Origin: Eledone cirrhosa
Lineage: Eukaryota
Length of the DNA: 64,000 nucleotides
Assembly (NCBI GenBank): GCA_964016885.1
Contig: OZ024741.1
Span: 326,678,001-326,742,000 of the forward strand
Reading direction: 5' to 3'
Position 1 is the stretch's first letter. Each line of letters starts with the position of its first letter. The notes under the pieces were generated by a model. The model was not told the DNA's origin. It saw only the letters and a list, made by a program, of their open reading frames with translations, and did not search any database. A program made the position numbers and the translations under genes. Below are positions 11,982 through 26,568 of this stretch, piece by piece.

Positions 11982-12503
11982 ATATATCAAAATGAAAATC
12001 CGAAGGCAAGGTAAAATTCCAATCATTTAATCACGACACATGTTCCAATAAGAGATAGATCGATTGTGAAGCCATGATCGATTATCACTGATCTCATCAA
12101 GTGAAAATGAATTGTCTTCAAATTCTTGACATGAGGGAGAAAAAATAACGATGTTCTCTCACAGAATATGCGGGGATGAATTCTGTGAGAGAACATCATT
12201 ATTTTTTTCTCCCTCATGTCAAGAATTTGAAGACAATTCATTTTCACCTGATGAGATTAGTGATAATAGATCATGGCTTCACAATCGATCTATCACTTAT
12301 TGAAACATGTGTCGTGATTAAATGATTGCAATTTTACCTTGGCTTCGGATTTTCATTTTGATATATATACTCCGTTTTACATCATCTAGCTGTTCCCTTG
12401 AATGGAATTGGAGATATATAAAAGCGCGGAGAACTTAATATTGCTAACATAAAGTTATTGGACCATATTCACAATCAATTATGCACCTTACTATATAACA
12501 ACT
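11982..12503. mobile_element. Fold-back PLE-type insertion (family H1): inverted arms 11982-12168 / 12180-12369 plus tail 12370-12503
   Basis: About 185-bp inverted repeat with a 12-nt spacer, (TA)n on both flanks; the tail is also seen at 16600-16722. Confidence 0.8.
12244..12317 (+). ncRNA. Type I hammerhead ribozyme (intact core)
   Basis: Stem I tcac/gtga, CTGATGA, long stem II (gattagtgata..tatcacttatt), GAAA, stem III catgtg, cleavage triplet GTC. Confidence 0.8.
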
Positions 12504-12629
12504 ATATATATACACACATAGACACATACATGTATATATACACGCATATACATATATATACACGCACATAAATATATACATACATACATATACATACATA
12601 TACATACATATAAACACACACATGTATAC

Positions 12630-12750
<121 letters not shown>

Positions 12751-13034
12751 TATATACGTACATATATATATGTGTGCGTGTATGTATATATATATATACA
12801 TACTACTGTACGTCTGTATACATATATGTATGTACGTGTACATACTTATATATATATATAAGAAGAAATTAAAAGATGGATAAAAAGTTCCATGTATATT
12901 ATTATGCGCATTTCAAAAACAAATATCATCCTGGGACGATATTTGCGTTCTTATCAGATAAAATAGGGATATGATTCTTTAAAAAAGCACTTGTTAACAA
13001 GGTAGTGTCTAATCAACATATATATATATATATA

Positions 13035-13905
13035 CGAGGTGTGTCGGAAAAGTTCCAGGACTGATGTCACAAAGGATTTATTTCAAACACAAACTTCACA
13101 CTAAGAGTTTTCTCCTTCAAAGTTAACGCACTGGAGTATGTAACTATAATCTTAGCTCTCTGCAGCGATCAAACTTTTTTCTTCATCATTTTATATACAT
13201 GTCTTCTGTTTCAGGTCGTCAAGCAATGAGCACAGAGCAACAGAGCAACGAACAAGCTTGAAGTTTCTGGTACGGTTGGGGAAAATTCCGTCAGAAGCAC
13301 TGGGATTGCTGCAGCAAATGTATGGAGATGAGACGTTGTCACGCTCACGTGTTTTTGAGTGGTGCAAGAGGTTTAAAGAAGGACGCGAGAACGTGGAAGA
13401 TGACCCCAGGAGCGGAAGGACCGCAACAACCAGGACTGTTCGACTGATGGCAAATGAGCTGGGCATGAATCGAGACAGCGTCTGGAACATTCTCACTGAA
13501 GATTTGGACATGCGGAAAGTCTGCGCGGAGATGGTGCCAAAAATGCTGAACGATGACCAGAAGGGTCGACGCATGCAAGTGTGCTGGGACAGCCTCGAGC
13601 GTCTTGTAACCGAACCAGACTTTCTAGGGACAGTCATCACCGGTGATGAGTCATGGATCTTCGAGTACGATCCGGAGGGGACCCGTTTTGAGGACGTGGA
13701 CGACATCATAAAGGCTGTGATGACGGAACTGCGGAGGATCTCGGAAGAATCCTTCCAGGAGTGCATGCAAGAGTTTCAGAAAAGGTAGGAAAAGTGCATT
13801 AGACTCCGGGGGGATTACTTTGAAGGGGAAAACTCTCAGTGTTAAGTTAGGGTTTGAAATAAACCTTTTGTGACATCAATCCTGGAACTTTTCTGACACA
13901 CCTCG
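13035..13905 (+). mobile_element. Mariner DNA transposon, internally deleted
   Basis: About 54-bp TIRs (cgaggtgtgtcggaaaagttccagg.. / ..cctggaacttttctgacacacctcg), TA on both sides. ORF 13258-13788 has an HTH (SRSRVFEWCKRFKEGR..DDPRSGR), MVPKML and VITGDESWIFEYDPE, then jumps to GTRFEDVDDI, so the rest of the DDD core is missing. Confidence 0.93.
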
Positions 13906-14692
13906 TATATATACACACATACACACAGATACACACACATATACACATACATACGTCTGTACATTTATTAAAAAATTTTACTCTAGAAGCTATTTCCAAA
14001 TTAAATATATATATATATAGGATTGAAGGAACGGCCAGGACGGAATCGGAAAACAAAATTTTAGAGAAAGATAACAGGCCCATTCATGTTACCATCTATA
14101 TTATCCGAAACGTTAAAACCCTCTTCCTGCTATTTCAAGCGTTAAACTAATATTTTCCTTTCGTATACTGTAGTTTCTGTTGTTATATCTGTTTACCTTT
14201 TACATACACACCCACACACATCACATACACACAACATACACAATCAATACACACACCACACACACATATATACCTATGCGTGTGAGAATAATGTGAGACA
14301 TAATGTACTGGATGCGTTTTTATATAAATAATTGAACATGTGTATATATAATCGTATCAATGTATAATGTTTATAGATTTATGAGGAAAGATTAAGTAAC
14401 AAAAATATAGTGTATATACATTATAACAAAGATAGTGTCTGCATTTCTATATTTATTGTGGTTTTTACTACTGTGTGTGTATTATCGATTTTTAGCTGTT
14501 GTTTTTTTTTTGTTTTACTTCAAGTCACACTCAATCGAACTTAAACTGAGGCGTTCCTACTGTGACACACCTCTTTTTTTCATTACTCTAGTGCACCAAG
14601 AACTTCATTATTCAGTATGCCCAGTGTGGTGCCTGATTTAAGCGATATTTCGTTGCTATTTCTATGAGGTATAGCAATAACTGATTTGTTTG

Positions 14693-14748
<56 letters not shown>

Positions 14749-14995
14749 GAAAAAGTAGAGAATAACATGGTCAACAGTACAAAAAAGGAGATTCATTTAC
14801 AGTCTAACAATTGTTTCACTGATAGAGTTGTCTAAAAATTGCTAAACACTGAAAGTAGCGTCACTCAATTTAAAATACATGATATCCTCATCATATCCTC
14901 AGAGACTGAGAGAAAATATAAATATATGCGTAACCGGCAAATTTACAAATTCAAATTATATATATATATATATTCAAATTCAAATTATATTCAAT

Positions 14996-15162
<167 letters not shown>

Positions 15163-15234
15163 GAAGGAGTTGTGGTAAGGAGCCAGATGATCTATAACGC
15201 ACCAGAGTACTCAATACTTAGGGTAGTAGAGGGG

Positions 15235-15284
<50 letters not shown>

Positions 15285-15291
<7 letters not shown>

Positions 15292-16725
15292 AAATAAAGA
15301 TCCGAATGCATGGTATAAATTTCCAATCAATCACGACACATGTTTCAATAAGAGATAGATCGATCGTGTAGCCATGATCGATTATCACTGATCTCGCCAG
15401 GTGAAAATGAATTGTCTTCAAATCCTTAATATGAGGGACAAAATTAACGGTGTTCATTCACAAAGTTTAGTCCCTCATATAAAGATCAAGCAGTCAGAAC
15501 ACGGCGACTGCTACCGTCCTCAGTTAGGGTCATAAACCTATCAAGTCTCCCAATAGCTGTAAAAGACGCTGGACACCAAACAAATCTGTAGAATTACAGT
15601 CGGTCATAGTTAACGTGAGTGGGTACACACACACTCACACATACATGAGGCGAGGTCAAAGAAAAAATATATATACCCATACCAACACAGCATCAAATCT
15701 GTAGAATTATAGACGGTCACAGTTAGTGCGAGTGAGTACACACACACTCACACACCCCGATACGAGGTTAAAGAAAAAAAGAAAAATATAAATATACCAA
15801 CATAGTATTCACCTAAATTTAGTTTATAAAACAACAAATTTGATATTGGTCAAATCTCAATTTGACGATGTAAATTGGAAAAATTGGGTCAACCGCAACC
15901 CTATACACAGGCAAGTAGGTTTAGTTCAATGATTGCTATACGTGTATAGATTGAATTGTAACATCAGTATCTCCAAATAGTATATGTTATGGTATATACA
16001 TCCGTATAGCCCAAACGAATTGGAAACAATTGGGTCAACCGCAACCCTATACACACGCAAGTAAGTTCAATTCAGTGTTCTGCTATACGTGTATAGATTG
16101 GATTGTAACATCAGTATCTCCAAATAGTGTATGTTATGGCATATACACATCCGTATCGTTCAAAAAAGTGTATACTTTGGTATATACACATCCCTGTGAA
16201 GAGCAAGTAGTTAGCTCATATCGAACACTACTTTCTCTTCAGAGGGATGTGTATATACCTAAACATACACTTCTTTGGACGATACGGATGTATATGCCAT
16301 AACATACACTATTTGGAGATACTGATGTTACAATCCAATCTATACACGTATAGCAGAACACTGAATTGAACTTACTTGCGTGTGTATAGAGTTGCGGTTG
16401 ACCCAATTGTTTCCAATTCGTTTGGGCTATACGGATGTATATACCATAACATATACTATTTGGAGATACTGATGTTACAATTCAATCTATACACGTATAT
16501 CATGGCTACACGATCGATCTATCTCTTATTGAAACATGTGTCGTGATTAAAATGATTGGAAATTTATACCATGCCTTCGGATCTTTATTTTAATACAAAT
16601 ACTCCGTTTTACATCATCTAGCTGTTTCCATAAATGGAATTGGAGATATACAAAAGCGTGGAGAACTTAATATTGGTAACAAAAATGTTATTGGACCGTT
16701 TGACACACCTTACTATATAACTACA
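15285..16725. mobile_element. Family H1 PLE-type insertion with nested fold-back
   Basis: Left end homologous to 8612-9000 (hammerhead core mutated to CTGGCGA). About 148-bp tandem unit from 15875, hairpin arms about 15937-16213 / 16226-16499, then inverted terminus plus tail 16500-16722. Confidence 0.75.
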
Positions 16726-16746
16726 CACATATATATATACATACAC

Positions 16747-16796
<50 letters not shown>

Positions 16797-16882
16797 CAGA
16801 GGTATATATTGTGTTAGAAACTCAAAATCGTCTCTTACACATGTATGTTTATATTTGTTTTTACCTCTCTTGTGTATTCAAT

Positions 16883-16957
<75 letters not shown>

Positions 16958-19900
16958 TTTGAAAACGGGATGATTAACATCATATCCAACATCAAATTCT
17001 CCGGAAACCCAACCAGAAGTCAGGAGTACCTCAGACACCTGAGAAACCGGATTACAGTACTTAAAGTGACAACTGGAATACTTGTCCATGCTGACAAAAC
17101 AAACAACCTCTACAACATGAACACTGAACTGTACAATACGCTAATCCTCAGGGAACTGAGGAAGTGCTACAAAAAAACACCTGGATTTACCCTGGATGAG
17201 ATCAATACCACAGCTTACAGGATTATATCCAGAATCGGCATAGAGGACAGGACGGCCCCATACAAACTAAGGGAGCCGCAGATTACCCTTAAATACCACA
17301 AGCCAAACTTTGAGTCCGACCTCCCTGTCAGACTAATAGCCCCCTCCAGATCTGACCTAGGGATCGTCAGTAAAAGAATACTGGATAGGATTTTGCCCAA
17401 GCTTCGGAAGAAAACTAAATTACAGCAATGGTCATGCACGGGAGAAGTAATAGAATGGTTTAAAATACTGCATTAGAAAAGTAGGACCAGCTTTATACAA
17501 CTGGACATCGCAAGCTACTACTCCTCAATCTCACCCATAGTACTAAATAAGGCCCTATTTTTAGCGATGTCCAATACGGACCTAACCCGAGGGGAGGTGA
17601 GCATCATCCACGCCGCAAGAAAGACCTTAATCCGCTTCGATGGAGACCTTTGGACAAGGAGTGATTGGCCAAATAACTTTGACATCACGATGGGCTCCAG
17701 CGACTCAGCGCAGGTAACGGACCTGGTTGGGCTCTACCTGCTGAAGCAGATAAAAGATGAAATCCCCTGCCTGGGCGGCGGATTATATCGTGACGATGCT
17801 CTATTCACAGTATATGACCACAGCACCAATATGTTGGAGGGTATGAGGAGGCGTATTCGCCATTTCTTTAAGAACCAGGGGCTCAGCATAGAAATAGACC
17901 CAAATAGGAAGGTAGTTAACTTCCTAGACACCTCTCTAAACCTGAACACCGAGCAATACTACCCCTACCACAAGCCAACGAGAAACTCGTATATGTTAAC
18001 GCCAAATCAAACCACCCTGGATCCATAACCAAGGCAGTGGTGAAGAGTGTCTCGGACAGGATCTCCAGCCTGTCCGCATGTAAGGAAATATTCAATAACC
18101 ACGCGGAATATTACAACGCAGCTCTAAAGAAGGCGGCACATGGCCAAAATATAACATATAGTCCGAAAAGCCGGGATGGGGATAGCCCAACAGACACCCA
18201 CAACCGGTTTGCCCGGGGGGGGGGGGCGACCCCTAACAATACAGGCAGAGCAGAATCAAATAGGCACCATGTGCCCGACACCACCAGACGGGCGGTGGAG
18301 ACTAGTGCGCTTGACCACGAGATGTAGCACAATATGAGTAGCAGTCTCAGGCGTGACGCTAACCACCCCAGGACAGACGACCCCAACCGCTGGACACGTA
18401 GGGGGGAGGGGGGAACGGGCGACCACCCCACGATGGATCTCCCGGGGCGGACAACGACCACCCCACAAATTCGGGCCGCGAAGATAACAAAAAGCATAGA
18501 GCCCAAAGAGGAAGCAACAGTGCGGTAACCACCAGCAGCCCAACAAATCTCCAACAAATCACGACGCCCCCGACCCACACATATAGGAGGAGACACCGAA
18601 AAATCACGTGGTACAACCCACCCTACTCAGTGACCCTAAAGAAAAGCTTGGCCCGATTATTCTTTGGAGCACTTGACAAATGCTTCCCGAGGGACCACAG
18701 ATACCACAGGATCTTCAACAGACACACTGTGAAGCTCTCGTATTCCACCACGATAAATTTGGCCCAACACATAGCTAGCATCAACAGAAGTAGGCTTAAA
18801 AACCACACACAACCAGAAGATGGCAATACAAACACTCAGCAGAACCATGTGAAAGGAGGAAATGGGGGACCCAGAGCCCACCCAAGAAACCCAAACAGAC
18901 CCGAGGACGCCCCACCGAGCCTGGGGGAAGACCAACATGGAACACATAACGGGAACCCTAATCTAGGCACGCAGAGACCGACCACCCTCTGCAACTGCAG
19001 AAACCCGAATCATGCCCCTTTGGTAATGAATGCCTCAAAAAGAACCTAGTATACGGTTGTAGGGTTAAAACCCCCAACTGCGAACACCTCTACATAGGAG
19101 CCACATCAACGAGCTTTAAAGACCGCTGGTACATCCATCGCCATTCATTCAAGAAGGAGGCCAAAAGGAAAAGCACAGCTCTCTCCGACCTGATCTGGAA
19201 GCTTAAGCTGGACAGGACCCCATATTATCTGGCCTGGTACATAATCAGGAAAGTACCACCCGATAAAGGGGGATCTTGCATATGCAAACTATGCCTGAAC
19301 GAGACCCTCGAGATACTAAGAGGTGGAAGCGGCCTGATAAACCTCAGAACCGACTTCTTCGGGATATGCAGACACCTTAGAGCCGGGACCTTTCTCAGGA
19401 TATATGGACAGTAGCAACACAAGAAGATGTGAACTCCCTTCAAGCTATAGGGACTTCTACAGAACATGAAAACACCTCTCGACCAGACCTCCCTCAAGCT
19501 ATATGGGCAGTCACAACACCCTAGGTTGTGAACTTCCCTCAAGCCATAGGGAACAAGCCAGGCTGAGCAGACACCATGATAGCCTAGAGATAGAACCGGA
19601 CACAGCCATTATAATTTGGCCAACATCTATATAACACAAACACATTTTAATTTACTAGATTTCTGATTTTCAAGTTCCAATTTTAAATCTTAATTTCTCT
19701 TTATTAATTTGTTATTTGTTTTCTGCCCTCTTCACTGTAACACCTTATATTTATTTTTAAGTTGAGATTGATTATAACACAAACACATTTAGTTTGATTA
19801 TCTTATCTTAACATCTTATCCTCATACCAATCTATCCAACATATTTCTGCCCTTGAGATTGGTTATAGCACACACACACTTTATCCTACACTATTTTTCA

Positions 19901-20740
19901 CTTCTCCATATTCATTTTCATTACTTTTTCACCAATTTTTCATTTATTCTTTATTCTTTATCCTCTATTTATTTATTTATTTTCAAATTATACAAATTAT
20001 ATTAATTATTTTATTATATTATTTATTTATTTTCTGTTTTCTGCATTTATTGCCTTATATTTCTTCACATACATGGAATAACCCCCCCCCCACACACACA
20101 CACACACACACCACCACTATGAGAGATGGTGGCAGGAGGGATGAAGAAAAAACACACTGGATACTTCTAAATTGTTAGCAGCAGCAAGATATAAGCTGAC
20201 CATAACACCAACAACACTATCAAAATAATGGTAGAGGTCAAATGTACTTAACAATAGCAAACAAAAACACGACAGGGAGCCTCACCCCAGACAGAATTCT
20301 ATAGACTTCTGACTGAGGAATGCTCTCAGAACTGACCAATGGGAAGTTTGACACTTTTTTTGTTATTTTGTTCCTTTAACACCTTGTCCCTTCTGCCATT
20401 TTATCAATTTTTTAAGCTAACTCCAACAATAACAACACTAAGAATGAGGAATGTTCTAATAACTGACCAATGAGAGGAGAAGAGGACCTTTGACACTGAA
20501 ATTCGTTTGTTTGAATTCATATGATTCCAGTTCCTCAGTGAAATAACAATCCAACCAGGAACTGGGCATATCAGAGTATTGACAATATTATACACCTCAA
20601 CAACATATGTACTTGTCTATACCATACTAATTCAAACTGCCTGAAGAGGTCACAGCCAAAGATGGCTGTCACTGAAATATATATAGCAGTAATAAACGAA
20701 GCTAAATTTTAATCATTTGACTTTTTATTTAACTTTATTT
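16958..20740 (+). mobile_element. Penelope-like element, Naiad-like (5'-truncated, disrupted RT + C-terminal GIY-YIG)
   Basis: HADKTNNLY, ITLKYHKPNF, RLIAPSRSDLG, QLDIASYY, FDITMGSSDSAQV, GGLYRDD, NFLD, YPYHKP, WYNPPYS, CNCR..CP, LVY..YIGAT..FKDR, CKLCLNE, CRH, stop near 19413. Long 3'UTR, hammerhead and AATAAA, then (TA)n/(TG)n. Confidence 0.92.
20636..20690 (+). ncRNA. Type I hammerhead ribozyme at PLE 3' end
   Basis: Stem I actgc/gcagt, CTGAAGA, stem II ggtcacagcca-aaga-tggctgtcact, GAAA, palindromic tatata, TA; AATAAA follows at 20691. Confidence 0.85.
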
Positions 20741-20848
<108 letters not shown>

Positions 20849-21201
20849 AATCGCTTCATCAGGACTAGAACAGTTTCATTCGAAGAAATCACGAGGAAGG
20901 CCAACTCTCATCGTAATATGTTGGTATTCATATGTTTTCTGGTTGGAAAGGTCGTGATTTTGAGTATGGGTAAAGGTCGTCGGCCAACGGATTTTTAAGA
21001 AGAGAGATTCTTTGAAAAAAGATACACACAAACACCCACACATTTTTTATGGTTTCCTTTATTTTAAGTAAACAAAAAGATTTCATTCAGTGACTAAATT
21101 GTTAGGCTCTTCCCAAATAATATTTGGTATCAATTGGTTATTGACACAGATTAAATAAATTAGTGGTGAGGGTGGTGGAATTAGCATATATATATTTCAA
21201 A

Positions 21202-21320
21202 GGCGCATGGCTTAGTGGTTATACAATTGGAGTCGCAATCGCGAGATTGCGAGTTCAGTTTCCGAATCGAGTGATGTGTTATGTCCTTGAGCAATATACC
21301 TTATTTCACGTTGCTCCTTC
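21202..21320 (+). mobile_element. tRNA-derived SINE (head and core, decayed)
   Basis: ggcgcatggcttagtggt (A box), gagttcagtttcc (B box), tccttgagcaa..ttgctcc core. Confidence 0.7.
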
Positions 21321-21849
21321 TGCAAGGAGTTGTGATTGATAGATTGTATCAGCAATGGAATGACTAATTGTTTCCTTGGTCCGATCAGATGAGATTAACC
21401 CCACTCGGTAAGCGAATGAAATCTGGGATGTTGTCGATCATGTCCGTCTCTCTCCCTCTCCATATTACAATTTTCATCGAGTCTGTCTTCGTGTTTCTGG
21501 TTGAAGTTATTATCCGCGACATCCACATCTGTACATCAGATAAAATGTACATTGTACTTCAATACACACTATGCGCTTAAAAAAAAGGAATAATGTGCGA
21601 CGTGAGAGAAATTTCATTGCTATGTCTAGCGACTCATTACTTTTCAGCATATTTCACAATCTCTATCAAAACAGATCTTGGATTTCTGATCAAAGAAATG
21701 TATAAGGGAACCGGTGGTGTATATCAGCTCAGTGACTGTTGTCGAACTGGTTTCCATATGTTGATTGTTTAAAGTAAAGACTTTGAAAGTTGTTTTTTTA
21801 AGAGGCACTAAACGTGCAAATTTCTAACCTTTCTACATTCATGTGTAAC

Positions 21850-22050
21850 TTTCAACGGAATTCTCAGGGAGATTCAGCACGGTTCAATTTGGGAAATAGC
21901 TTACCCCTTGAATTAAGTGTACATTTTTTTTGCTAGTTAGGTGAACTGGAGCAACAGGAAATAAAATGTCTTGCCCAAGGGAAAATAGACCATCCAGGAT
22001 TCGAACTCACTTCCTTTCGATCATGAGTTACACACTCTAACAATCATGTC
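21850..22050 (-). mobile_element. tRNA-derived SINE (decayed)
   Basis: Minus strand gagttcgaatcc B box followed by ccttgggcaagaca..ttgctccagttcac core, as at 21202. Confidence 0.65.
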
Positions 22051-22256
22051 AGGTACTTTCACGGGTAAAATGACACAATCAATACGAAAACATGGAAATT
22101 CTTCCTATCATCATCCACCTGTTCAAACTTCATATTTTAAACAGAATAATAACTTTTCTTTGCGTTATTATTTTCTCCCCTTTGCATGTCTAAATCAAGA
22201 AAGCTATATTAATGAATTATTAAGACGTACCGAACCACAACGGCATTATATATATA

Positions 22257-22294
<38 letters not shown>

Positions 22295-22301
<7 letters not shown>

Positions 22302-22721
22302 GACGTAAAATAAAAAATTATAAAAATTAACTTACTTAATAAAATTTCACTCCAACTAATTAGTTTCTGAAAGGGAATAAACATAGTTTCCGAAGAAACC
22401 TTTTCCATCCACTGAATTATTTTTGTATAACTTCCCTGTGTCCACGCATTGCCTGGAATCTTAGCTGAGAATAGACTTCCCTGATGACGAAAGGCTTCTC
22501 CGTACGTTTCTTCGGAAACTATGTTTATTTCCTTTCAGAAACTAATTAGTTGGAGTGAAATTTTAGTAAGTAAGTTAATTTTTATAATTTTCTTATTTTA
22601 CGTCTTTCATATTATTGTTCTGCATCGTCATGTATTGAACCACAAAGTTACTAAGACAAAACCTATATATTTGCTGGCATAGGTATGCATCTGTATATAT
22701 ATGTTAGTAGATATACTAATT

Positions 22722-22725
<4 letters not shown>
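22295..22725. mobile_element. Fold-back PLE-type insertion: arms 22295-22399 / 22506-22612, tail 22613-22725
   Basis: 105-bp inverted repeat between (TA)n tracts; degenerate hammerhead CTGATGA cgaa..ttcg GAAA ctatg tt at 22481-22525. Confidence 0.7.
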
Positions 22726-22791
<66 letters not shown>

Positions 22792-23329
22792 ATAAAAGAA
22801 TGAAGAATAACATGGTCGGCTGTGAAATGAATTTACGAAATCTCACTATCACAAAATGCTTTGCGCAACTATCCATTCATACATACACACATACATGCAT
22901 ACATGCATACATACAAGCATACAAACATACATACATACATACATACATGCATAAATAGTAGTTCCGTATATAAGGATGAAAAAACGACAAGTGCAGTGAA
23001 ATAAGATAATAGAGGTAAAAACAACGAAAATGTCAGCACTGCACTGGAAATCATATTATGCTAAACCAATTTGAATTTCTTCCAAAATAAATACATAAGC
23101 ATTTCTTTTTCTATTGCTGAAATATATTTTATTATTTTAATCTGTATGTTCTTCGTTTGACTATATTAAATATTTTCTGTTATTTCTTCTTTAAGGGAGA
23201 AGAGAAATATGTTGTTTTTTATTGAAAGAATACGTGAGAATGATTTATTTTCACTTTAATATTATTTGAATAGTTGAATAGATTGTAAAGGTCTATAGTT
23301 GAAAACTATATTACTACTACTATCAACAA

Positions 23330-23515
23330 TAATAATAATTATTATTTCTACATTAGGTACACAGCCAGCAATTTAAGGGGAGGAGGAGTCGATTAAATCG
23401 ACCCTGGTACTTGACTAGTACTTTATTTTATCGACCCCGTAACGATGAAAAGCAAAGCCAACCGCGGCGGGATTTGAACTCAAAACGTAAAGGGCCATAA
23501 CTCTATGCGGACAGT
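23330..23515 (-). mobile_element. Meta-domain-like tRNA SINE with (ATT)n tail
   Basis: gagttcaaatcccgccg..gcttttcatcgttacggggtcgataaaataaagtac..aattgctggctgtgtacctaatgtagaaat-(att)n; same family as 49660-49800. Confidence 0.75.
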
Positions 23516-23519
23516 ACGA

Positions 23520-24380
23520 TAGACAAGGACAGTGGATGGTTTACATATATAGCTAGAAAAAATATAAATAACAATAACAAAATAACAATAAAATGCAAAC
23601 AACGGATCTTCCCGAGAGAGGGGATAACTACACAGAGACGGCTCAGGTATCCCACCAATTCTCAACCAAGTCTGGCATATATACGTAGAGGTCGTAGGGC
23701 AGGCAATCCAAACCGACTAGGCATCCAGAATCTCGGTTGAAGTTATCGGGAATTCGCAGCGCTCAGCATTGGCTGGCGAGAGACGCGGTAGGCTATCGGG
23801 GTAGGGACTGAAATCAGCTATCGTCACTGGCCCTCCGCTCCCCCCGAACAGCTAGCGAAAGGCCTCACATATATGCCTGGAATCGTTCAGATTGCGTTCG
23901 TCTTGGTCCATCAATGACCAAATTGTGGTTTTGTAACCACGCTGCGCCTCAACCACACATGCCCATCGAACAGCTTTAGCTCCCTCGTTAATTAGAGCAC
24001 GCGTCTTAGCTCTGACAATGCACCCTTCATGTTTCGTATTGAAGAAATGGCCCAATGCTATTCTCCGCGCTAGCACGTCAGTTACAATGCCTCTACAAAT
24101 AGCCTCCTTTAATGTTAACTCCCAGTTCCCCTTGCTTTCTATTTTTCTCTAGCGCTATCGATTACTTTAATCTTTCTTTTGAGAGCCCCCAACCGTCTGT
24201 TTTTGCCTACCCCCTGTCAACGTTTGCTTAACTAAATTTTTGACTCTGTCTTTGTAAACTTTACGTGTTCAGCTTCCTGTAACCAGGTCCTAACCATACA
24301 GATGACAAACTTGTGATCTGAATATGCGACCGTTTGAAAGTGTGGCCAACCTATCCTATCCTTAACTGATCTACAATCCA
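23520..24380 (-). mobile_element. Old, internally deleted Tx1 relic (copy E-like)
   Basis: 23852-24076 reads HFFNTKHEGCIVRAK..; 23520-23665 resembles the copy E 3'UTR (ggacagtgg.tg.tttaca..ctcaggta..caccaat). Confidence 0.8.
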
Positions 24381-25036
24381 GTGTATATAAAGGTGAAGGT
24401 AGACAAAAAAAAAAATATATATAATAATAAATATTTCATGGTTATTACCGTTTCTTTTACGGTAAAACGAAAACTGTTCACAACAAAAATGAACGAGGAA
24501 ATGCAAGATGTATTGTTATCATCGTGCATATATCCATGTTGATTCCTTCATGGAATTAAGTTAAGGGGATATACATAAGTGTGGATTATTCAACCAAGTT
24601 ACATTATAACAACAATTCAAAGTTTAATCCTTGTTATATAATGTATAATGTTATTTCGGCTTATGATTTAAATAAATGTTACACATGCTTATAAAACACG
24701 GAAGAGCATACACGCACATGCAAGAGCTGAACATTTAGTTGTACGAATAAATTAATGTTGATCGCCGCCATCGATGGGGGCTCCCGCATGCAACTACCTA
24801 ACTTTGCATCATAACTAATGCATAGATATAACTGTGAAATTTCTGTTGTGCTATTTATGTTAAGTTTAACTTACTGATTTCTGATATAGCTCTCAGTATA
24901 TTTCACTAAGGCAAAGAAAATAATATATGTATGAAGTGTGTATGCGTATATATGCAAATGCATGTAAACCTGAGAGTGAAATAGATGTAAATATATAACT
25001 ACACTAACACACACACACATATATGCGTGCATACGT

Positions 25037-25076
<40 letters not shown>

Positions 25077-25161
25077 ACATGCACGCACAAACACACACAC
25101 ACACACAAACACATTCACACACAAACACACACACATATATATATATATATACACACACATA

Positions 25162-25214
<53 letters not shown>

Positions 25215-25657
25215 AGAGAGATGGGGAGGCGAAAGAGAGTGAGAGAGAGAGAGGGAGATAGATAGTGATAGAGAGATAGAGAGATAGAGAGAGCGAGATA
25301 GAGAGATATAGACAGAGAGAGGATGTCAATAAAGAAAGTTAGGGTTATATATGCAGATCTATTATCTCTACGTTAAGACCTGCTGTCTGTCAATTACAAG
25401 AAGTTACAGTGTAGTTTATAAAACTTTATACAAGTATGAAAGAAAGCTGATGACGAGTTCTTTTATGGAGTATTCATACATTTACATCTCGCAATTTGAC
25501 AGAAGTGTCAACCTGTCAATACTACCATGAACTGCATTCTTATATATATGTATATATATATATATGTATAAATATGTATATATATATTCTTTTATACATA
25601 CTATGTATATACCAGATACACGCATTCACGCATTACGCATTCACGCATATAAATATA

Positions 25658-25742
<85 letters not shown>

Positions 25743-25747
25743 ATTTT

Positions 25748-25805
<58 letters not shown>

Positions 25806-26527
25806 AATGTATGTTTTCGAAACTAAAGAAATATAAAACTCAAAGGAAATATTGAGAAGCAGTCGAATTAGAATGATAGAAAATGAATGAATGAGAGAGA
25901 GATGTTGAGAGAGAGAGAAATAGAGACATGAGGTGAGAGAGAGATTGGGGAGATGGAGAAATAACTATTTCCAATACACGAATATGTGATTTTGTAAATA
26001 CGTCAAACTGAATTTGAAGATATTAAGGAAGGAAATATGCAGGGAAAAAGTACCTTCATTGTATTCGGAAATTTAAGATATTTTGGTTGTTTATGTTGTT
26101 CGGTTCAAAGTGTCTCGAGTTAAATTTGAATTTCTACATTTATTTCCCTAGGAATAACAGACGAAAATATTTACCAATGATGATAAATGTTAAAGACCCA
26201 TTTTACTCTCGAATAGCCATTTGATTTGTACCAAGACAGTTTCCCTTTCGAGACACAAGTTGAGAAAATGAGGTTTGTGGAAGACCAACACTCATCTATA
26301 CATCTTTCTGACGCTAAACCCCGCCAGTTGCAGACTGCGCATTAACATCTAGTATGTATCTCTCTCCACAAAGTTCGATCACCAGTAGCAGAGTTCAAAG
26401 AGCAAAGATCAAGCCATCGTTTTGGCTGCCGGCCTCTGCTTCTCTACCAGCCAACCTTCCTTCAATATCTGCATATACAACACACGTACAATCAATGACC
26501 GCAACCCAACTCTCTCGGGACAATGAT

Positions 26528-26568
26528 CTATACATACCAGCCTCCATTCTCCACGTAACCGATGTTGT
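26528..26568 (-). CDS. Candidate terminal coding exon of an unidentified host gene (xNIGYVENGGWYV*)
   Basis: Strong acceptor ttacctttatctttcatttag at 26589-26569, phase-1 reading to TAG, in unique non-repeat sequence; no upstream exon identified. Confidence 0.35.

Noticed and set aside
18985-19413. Selenocysteine codons in Naiad-like GIY-YIG domains (also 45787-46041, 55073-55723)
   Set aside because: All conserved cysteines read are TGC/TGT; no in-frame TGA
21202-21275. tRNA gene
   Set aside because: Poor cloverleaf and continues into a SINE core shared with other decayed copies
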